A stretch of DNA of 41,666 bases. It comes from a virus. Its lineage: Duplodnaviria > Heunggongvirae > Uroviricota > Caudoviricetes. A program made the position numbers and the translations under genes. Every line of letters starts with the position of its first letter. Position 1 is the stretch's first letter. Below are positions 37,040-41,666 of this stretch, in pieces. The stretch is from positions 1-41,666 of IMG/VR virus record IMGVR_UViG_2526164631_000048. One strand, given 5' to 3'. Below the pieces are notes generated by a model, which saw only the letters and a list, made by a program, of their open reading frames with translations, had not been told where the DNA came from and made no database searches.

Positions 37040-37510
37040 ATGCATCGTATAGACACGAAAACCGCGCAGAAGGATAAGTTCGGCGCGGGTAAGAACGGTT
37101 TTACCCGTGGTAACCCCCAGACCGGCACGCCTGCCACCGTTCTGGATGATGACTACTTTGACATGTTGCAGGAAGAACTCTGCAGCGTGGTGGAGGCATC
37201 CGGTGCCAGCCTGGAGAAGGGGCGGCACGATCAGCTTCTTACCGCGCTTCGTGCGCTGCTGTTAAGCCGCAAGAATCCGTTTGGCGATATCAAATCGGAT
37301 GGCACTGTGCAAACGGCTCTCGAAAACCTGGGAATGACAGACATTCTGAATGATAAACAGGATAAAAATGATAATCTGACATCATTGTCGAGCTTAACAG
37401 GAATACCGGATGGGCTGGCATTTTTTACAGGTGCCGGAACAATGGATATGACAGCGCTGACTCAAAATGGCAGGGAAATTTTAAGTAAAAAAACGTATCG
37501 GAAACTCTAA
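37040..37510 (+). CDS. Tail fiber protein, conserved N-terminal part (possibly separated from its C-terminal part by a frame shift at an A7 run)
   Basis: N-terminal [32 protein letters not shown] motif typical of tail fibers; ends at stop 37508..37510 just after A7 (37487..37493). Confidence 0.6.
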   Translation: MHRIDTKTAQKDKFGAGKNGFTRGNPQTGTPATVLDDDYFDMLQEELCSVVEASGASLEKGRHDQLLTALRALLLSRKNPFGDIKSDGTVQTALENLGMTDILNDKQDKNDNLTSLSSLTGIPDGLAFFTGAGTMDMTALTQNGREILSKKTYRKL

Positions 37511-37545
37511 AATATTTAACACTTGGGGATGGAACAGGAAGGCTT

Positions 37546-38139
37546 TTGGGGGTTCAGGCATTTGGATCATCTGGGACTTATATCAAATCACCTGGTGTAA
37601 CGAAAATTATAGTGGAAGCCGTTGGCGGAGGTGGTGCCAGTGGTAATTTGTCGGCAACTGCATCTGGTAACTGTGGTGTAAGTGCTGCCGGTTCCAACGG
37701 GGCATATGCTAAAGCATTTTTTTATCAGTCTATACCTGAATCCGTGCAAGTAACTATTGGAAGCGGTGGTGTAGCAGGAACAGGACCAGGAGGCTCTGGA
37801 GGTGACGGCGGGAATACAAGCTTTGGTGATTTGCTTGTATGTCCGGGAGGAAGGGGATCAACTCAAGTTCAGCAGGTACCTCCATTTTCAGGGGGAAGTG
37901 CAACAGAAGCACCAATTCCTACAGGGCAAGGGATTCTGTTCCATTCAGTTTCACGATCAAATTTATGTGGGGCACTTGGACTTGGTGATGATCAGGCGAT
38001 TGGCGTTGAAAGTATAACCACTACTATGCTTGGGATATACGGTATTGGCGGGACAGGTAAATACAATAAGGCGTCATCAGGTCCAGCGACAGGAAATAAT
38101 GGAAATCAGGGATATATTCTTGTGTGGGAGTATCAGTAA
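37546..38139 (+). CDS. Gly-rich tail fiber distal/receptor-binding part (frame open from 37489; TTG start at 37546 after AGGAAGG)
   Basis: 197 aa Gly/Ser-rich; lower GC; in a different frame that overlaps the end of 37040..37510. Confidence 0.5.
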   Translation: MGVQAFGSSGTYIKSPGVTKIIVEAVGGGGASGNLSATASGNCGVSAAGSNGAYAKAFFYQSIPESVQVTIGSGGVAGTGPGGSGGDGGNTSFGDLLVCPGGRGSTQVQQVPPFSGGSATEAPIPTGQGILFHSVSRSNLCGALGLGDDQAIGVESITTTMLGIYGIGGTGKYNKASSGPATGNNGNQGYILVWEYQ

Positions 38140-38140
38140 T

Positions 38141-38345
38141 GAGCGATATTTATGCAGTCGTACAAAATGGTGTCGTTACAAATCTTGTTGTATGGGATGG
38201 TAAGTCAGAGTTTAAGTCAGAAAAAGCGGATATAGTTAAATGTGTTGGAGATGTTGGTATTGGCTGGTCATATGACGGTAAAAAATTCATCAAGCCTTCC
38301 TTAAAACCAGATGTAGTTACTCCTCAAGATGAGTTAGTCAGTTAA
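38141..38345 (+). CDS. Small protein after tail fiber (possible fiber assembly chaperone, 68 aa)
   Basis: ATG directly after fiber stop; position typical of Tfa but much shorter. Confidence 0.35.
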
Positions 38346-38756
38346 TTGCTAGTACGCTGGAGATTTTGATAATTTCCAGCGCATTTTTCCTTCTGCAGTA
38401 ATGGATGAAATACCGCGAGTATAATGTTTTTATGCATATGAACCGTTTAAACCAGAGGAATCCTGACGAAATTGGTTATTGCGCCGAGAGTTGTCGGAGG
38501 GGGTGATATAGGTTATCTAATGGAGTAATCATTTTAACATTAATCAGTTTCCCCATGACATCCTCTAAACCCTATATAAACGATTTCCTGCTACTGGCAT
38601 TCAAACGAAATAATTTGAAAGCAATTTAAAGAGTTATTTGTCTAATGTTGGAAGCCGCAGCCACGTCGTATGCAAGAACGTGCTGCGGCTGGCTGGCGAA
38701 CTTTCGATAGTGCGAGTATTGAATGATTTCCAGCCGTTACCGATTTTACGTGTTAA

Positions 38757-39005
38757 TTAGTGAACAAACCACTCGTCAGCAGATTCCCAGGTATCTTTCA
38801 GAGTCTCCTGAACAAAAGTTTTTGCAGAATCCTTATCTGCGGTGCGTGTAACAGAAAGGCCATCGTTGCTGGTGGCTTTTACGATCACCTCTACATCGTC
38901 ATAACGTTTACTGATGCGTCGGGTTAATTCTTCCTTTAACGCATCCACAGCACCGGTTGGCATTTTAGTCATTTTTTCTTTGGCTATGCAGATTTCAATA
39001 CGCAT
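38757..39005 (-). CDS. dinI: DinI-family protein
   Basis: 82 aa; MRIEICIAK...TWESADEWF matches DinI; GAGGGA RBS; two LexA boxes upstream. Confidence 0.8.
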   Translation of the reverse strand: MRIEICIAKEKMTKMPTGAVDALKEELTRRISKRYDDVEVIVKATSNDGLSVTRTADKDSAKTFVQETLKDTWESADEWFVH

Positions 39006-39018
39006 AAAAGTCCCTCTA

Positions 39019-39066
39019 TACTGTGTTTGTATACAGTATTATTTTTAACTGTATGGATAAACAGTG
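39019..39066 (-). promoter_or_regulatory. Two tandem LexA (SOS) boxes upstream of the dinI-like gene
   Basis: taCTGTgtttgtatACAGta (39019..39038) and aaCTGTatggataaACAGtg (39047..39066), both CTGT-N8-ACAG. Confidence 0.7.
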
Positions 39067-40164
39067 TCAAGAGGTCTTATTTCTGCTCCTTTGGAGCTCT
39101 TCAAAACGATTATGTAAAGATTTCGGATACAGTTCGGTATATACCTGCCATAGCACGTTTAATGAACGATGCCCTGTAACCTGGGCGACTTCCTCAATAC
39201 TAAAACCAGCCTCAAATAAGCGACTTGCCCCTTCTCTACGCAAATCATGGTATCGCAGATCTTTAATACCTAATTTGCTTCTTACCCTCTGGAATCCCGC
39301 AGTAACAGAAGTGCTGTTATATGGAAAAATGAATTCTGATTTTTTGGGTTGTCGTTGGACGATATCCCAGGCTTCCCCAAGCAAGGCTACTTTCATATGG
39401 TTGCCTTCCTTTTTACGTGGATCTTTCCTGTCTCTTACGAGTATGGATTTTTGTTCCTGATCGAGATCCTCCCATCGTAATCGGCATACTTCACCGATTC
39501 GCATACATGACCACACAGAAAATTTGAGGATATCAACGAACGGAATTTTTGAGCATTTATGTGTAGATCGTTGTTGAAGACCTTCAATGAGCATGTCCAG
39601 TTCATCAGATGCCGGTCTACGATTACGACGATTTGATTTACCAATTAACCCAAGTTTAAGTAGATATGGACGAGCGGCTTTTGCTGGGTTTGATGTGTAA
39701 TTAATTCCATATACAGGTTTGGCAGCATCCAGAACACTGCCAAGATAACTAACATCGTGGCTAACTGTAGCTGGACCTGCACCAGCGTTGTTTCTTAGCC
39801 TGCAATGTTCAATTACGTCATTTTCTGTCAGTTCAGATAGTTTGATCGCGGAGATGTCACTATCCATAAGCAGTTCCAGCACATATCTTTTAGTACGGCC
39901 TGCTTTACCTCCGGCATTTGGGTCATTTAAATATTTGTGTAGTAAGTCACGGACTGTAAGTCCGTCAACTGCATTTGATGATGGAATGCCATATAGATCT
40001 AATTCCATCACTTTCTGTGTGCCCCATGTTTTGGCATGAGCATGTTTAGGGAATGTTTTGCTTTCCCTGTAAGTGATAACACCTTTTTCTTTGATAATCA
40101 CATTACAGCGATAGCGTGGTGTGCCATCGGATTTTAGTCGTTTCTCTATGTTATAGTACGCCAT
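39067..40164 (-). CDS. int: Tyrosine recombinase integrase (dusA-specific integrase type)
   Basis: 365 aa; R...H..LR..Y catalytic signature (HDLRREGAS, LWQVY); divergent from and adjacent to dusA. Confidence 0.85.
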   Translation of the reverse strand: MAYYNIEKRLKSDGTPRYRCNVIIKEKGVITYRESKTFPKHAHAKTWGTQKVMELDLYGIPSSNAVDGLTVRDLLHKYLNDPNAGGKAGRTKRYVLELLMDSDISAIKLSELTENDVIEHCRLRNNAGAGPATVSHDVSYLGSVLDAAKPVYGINYTSNPAKAARPYLLKLGLIGKSNRRNRRPASDELDMLIEGLQQRSTHKCSKIPFVDILKFSVWSCMRIGEVCRLRWEDLDQEQKSILVRDRKDPRKKEGNHMKVALLGEAWDIVQRQPKKSEFIFPYNSTSVTAGFQRVRSKLGIKDLRYHDLRREGASRLFEAGFSIEEVAQVTGHRSLNVLWQVYTELYPKSLHNRFEELQRSRNKTS

Positions 40165-40183
40165 TACACGACCTCGTTATTTC

Positions 40184-40220
40184 GGGTTCCCATAAAACGT
40201 GGGAACCTGTGCGGGAACCT
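40184..40220. repeat. GGGAACC motif cluster: inverted repeat GGGTTCCCA-N7-TGGGAACC plus a direct repeat 12 bp on
   Basis: Seen directly between int start and dusA start. Confidence 0.5.
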
Positions 40221-40252
40221 AACGCGAGAAAAATAGCCTGAAATGTTCAAAA

Positions 40253-41290
40253 ATGCACGATAATCATGAAACACAAAAAATTAATCAAACCAGCGTGATG
40301 CCTGAAAAAACTGGTGTTTACTGGAATTCTCGGTTTAGCATTGCTCCTATGCTCGACTGGACGGACAGACATTGCCGCTATTTCTTGCGTCTGCTTTCCC
40401 GCAATACGTTGCTGTATACCGAAATGGTGACCACAGGGGCGATTATTCACGGTAAAGGTGATTATCTGGCGTACAGTGAAGAAGAACATCCGGTAGCGTT
40501 GCAACTGGGCGGTAGCGATCCGGCGGCGCTGGCGCAGTGTGCAAAGCTGGCAGAAGCGCGCGGATATGATGAGATCAACCTGAATGTCGGCTGCCCGTCT
40601 GACCGGGTGCAGAACGGCATGTTTGGTGCGTGTCTGATGGGTAATGCGCAGCTGGTTGCCGACTGTGTGAAAGCGATGCGCGATGTGGTGTCGATTCCAG
40701 TGACGGTGAAAACGCGTATTGGCATCGATGACCAGGACAGCTATGAATTTCTCTGCGATTTCATCAACACTGTTTCCGGCAAAGGCGAGTGTGAGATGTT
40801 TATCATCCACGCACGTAAAGCCTGGCTTTCGGGGTTAAGCCCGAAAGAAAACCGTGAAATCCCGCCGCTCGATTATCCGCGTGTGTATCAACTGAAGCGT
40901 GACTTTCCGCATCTGACAATGTCGATTAACGGTGGTATCAAGTCGCTGGAAGAGGCCAAAGCACACCTGCAACATATGGATGGCGTGATGGTCGGGCGCG
41001 AGGCGTATCAGAATCCGGGTATTCTGGCGGCAGTAGACCGGGAGATCTTTGGTTCCTCGGATACCGATGCCGATCCGGTGGCGGTAGTGCGCGCCATGTA
41101 TCCGTACATTGAGCGTGAACTCAGCCAGGGGACGTATCTCGGCCATATTACCCGGCATATGTTGGGCTTGTTCCAGGGTATTCCTGGCGCGCGGCAGTGG
41201 CGGCGTTATTTAAGTGAAAATGCCCATAAAGCGGGTGCAGACATTAATGTGCTGGAACACGCGCTCAAACTGGTGGCGGATAAGCGTTAA
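40253..41290 (+). CDS. dusA: tRNA-dihydrouridine synthase A (DusA); start may be ATG 40298 (MPEKTG...)
   Basis: Flavin-dependent Dus motifs ([23 protein letters not shown]); 5' end lies at the prophage junction. Confidence 0.85.
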   Translation: MHDNHETQKINQTSVMPEKTGVYWNSRFSIAPMLDWTDRHCRYFLRLLSRNTLLYTEMVTTGAIIHGKGDYLAYSEEEHPVALQLGGSDPAALAQCAKLAEARGYDEINLNVGCPSDRVQNGMFGACLMGNAQLVADCVKAMRDVVSIPVTVKTRIGIDDQDSYEFLCDFINTVSGKGECEMFIIHARKAWLSGLSPKENREIPPLDYPRVYQLKRDFPHLTMSINGGIKSLEEAKAHLQHMDGVMVGREAYQNPGILAAVDREIFGSSDTDADPVAVVRAMYPYIERELSQGTYLGHITRHMLGLFQGIPGARQWRRYLSENAHKAGADINVLEHALKLVADKR

Positions 41291-41371
41291 CTTTTCACCA
41301 AAAAGTAGTCAAATTCACCACGCCCTGCGCACCGTCGCGGGGCGTTTTGCTGTTAAATCAATAGATTATTT

Positions 41372-41390
41372 TTGGCATGATTCTTGTAAT
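41372..41390 (+). promoter_or_regulatory. Candidate sigma54 promoter of pspG (TGGCAT-N5-TTGT)
   Basis: -24/-12-like elements ~35 nt upstream of pspG start; pspG is a known sigma54/PspF-dependent gene. Confidence 0.4.
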
Positions 41391-41423
41391 GCCAGCAAGA
41401 GATTTCATATTTGGGAGAGCATC

Positions 41424-41666
41424 ATGCTGGAACTACTTTTTGTGATTGGCTTTTTTGTCATGCTGATGGTCACCGGCGTTTCGTTGCTGGGCATTATCGC
41501 CGCGCTGGTTGTGGCGACGGCCATTATGTTCCTCGGCGGTATGCTGGCATTGATGATTAAGTTGCTGCCGTGGTTACTACTGGCGATTGCGGTGGTGTGG
41601 GTTATTAAGGCGATTAAAGCACCAAAAGTGCCGAAATATCAGCGTTATGACCGCTGGCGTTACTAA
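41424..41666 (+). CDS. pspG: Phage shock protein G
   Basis: 80-aa hydrophobic protein MLELLFVIGFFVMLMVTGV...; ORF track begins at an upstream non-supported start. Confidence 0.8.
   Translation: MLELLFVIGFFVMLMVTGVSLLGIIAALVVATAIMFLGGMLALMIKLLPWLLLAIAVVWVIKAIKAPKVPKYQRYDRWRY

Larger units (their letters stand above)
1..40297. mobile_element. Prophage (partial; left end outside window), lambdoid regulation + HK97-like head + Mu-like contractile tail, integrated at 5' end of dusA
   Basis: Contiguous phage modules (cI/cro, O-like, Q, lysis, terminase, portal, capsid, sheath/tube/baseplate, integrase) ending beside host dusA; right boundary only approximate. Confidence 0.85.

Noticed and set aside
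40253-40297. Treating the first 15 codons of the long dusA ORF as certainly native dusA
   Set aside because: dusA-specific integrases replace the 5' end of dusA, so this segment is probably phage-supplied and the native start may be ATG 40298; kept as uncertain rather than asserted.
1-41666. tRNA, rRNA or insertion-sequence elements
   Set aside because: No tRNA-like T-arm motifs, no rRNA-like segments and no transposase-like ORFs or terminal inverted repeats were seen on reading; a dedicated tRNA or IS scan was not possible.

Overview
Almost the whole window (about 1..40.2 kb) is one prophage, with host genes dusA and pspG at the right edge; the organism looks like E. coli or a close enterobacterium. 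All calls are from reading the six-frame translations and the DNA by eye; no database search, alignment or folding was run, so family names rest on recalled motifs. Layout, left to right: (1) an AT-rich accessory operon with a YafO-like toxin (1..991); (2) a leftward early region (1018..7785) with PrtN-like regulator, DnaQ-like exonuclease, DUF551, HNH nuclease, tiny basic ORFs, three Ea22-like paralogs, and a YfdR/YfdQ/YfdP-like module; (3) a ~600 bp structured region with no long ORF (7786..8437); (4) the immunity region: S24-type CI repressor (8472..9146), operator palindrome, YdaS-like Cro, YdaT/CII-position gene; (5) replication and nin-like genes: DUF4222 paralogs, O-like initiator with iteron repeats, PerC-like regulator, Dam-like methyltransferase, RusA, KilA-N, DUF968, antiterminator Q with a candidate late promoter and terminator; (6) lysis cassette: two holin-like proteins, GH19 endolysin, Rz with embedded Rz1; (7) HNH plus terminase small/large, HK97-type portal, protease and major capsid; (8) a Mu-like contractile tail: sheath, tube, chaperone with a programmed -1 frameshift site, tape measure, baseplate genes, tail fiber; (9) an AT-rich cargo gene for a secreted protein inside the tail module (31449..31937); (10) a DinI-like gene behind two LexA boxes and a tyrosine integrase next to dusA, the known dusA-specific integrase arrangement. 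The left prophage end lies outside the window. Most worth follow-up: the YafO-like operon with a non-canonical partner, the structured non-coding region left of cI, the AT-rich secreted cargo gene, and two frame disruptions at poly-A runs (terminase large subunit, tail fiber) that may be sequencing errors or real decay.
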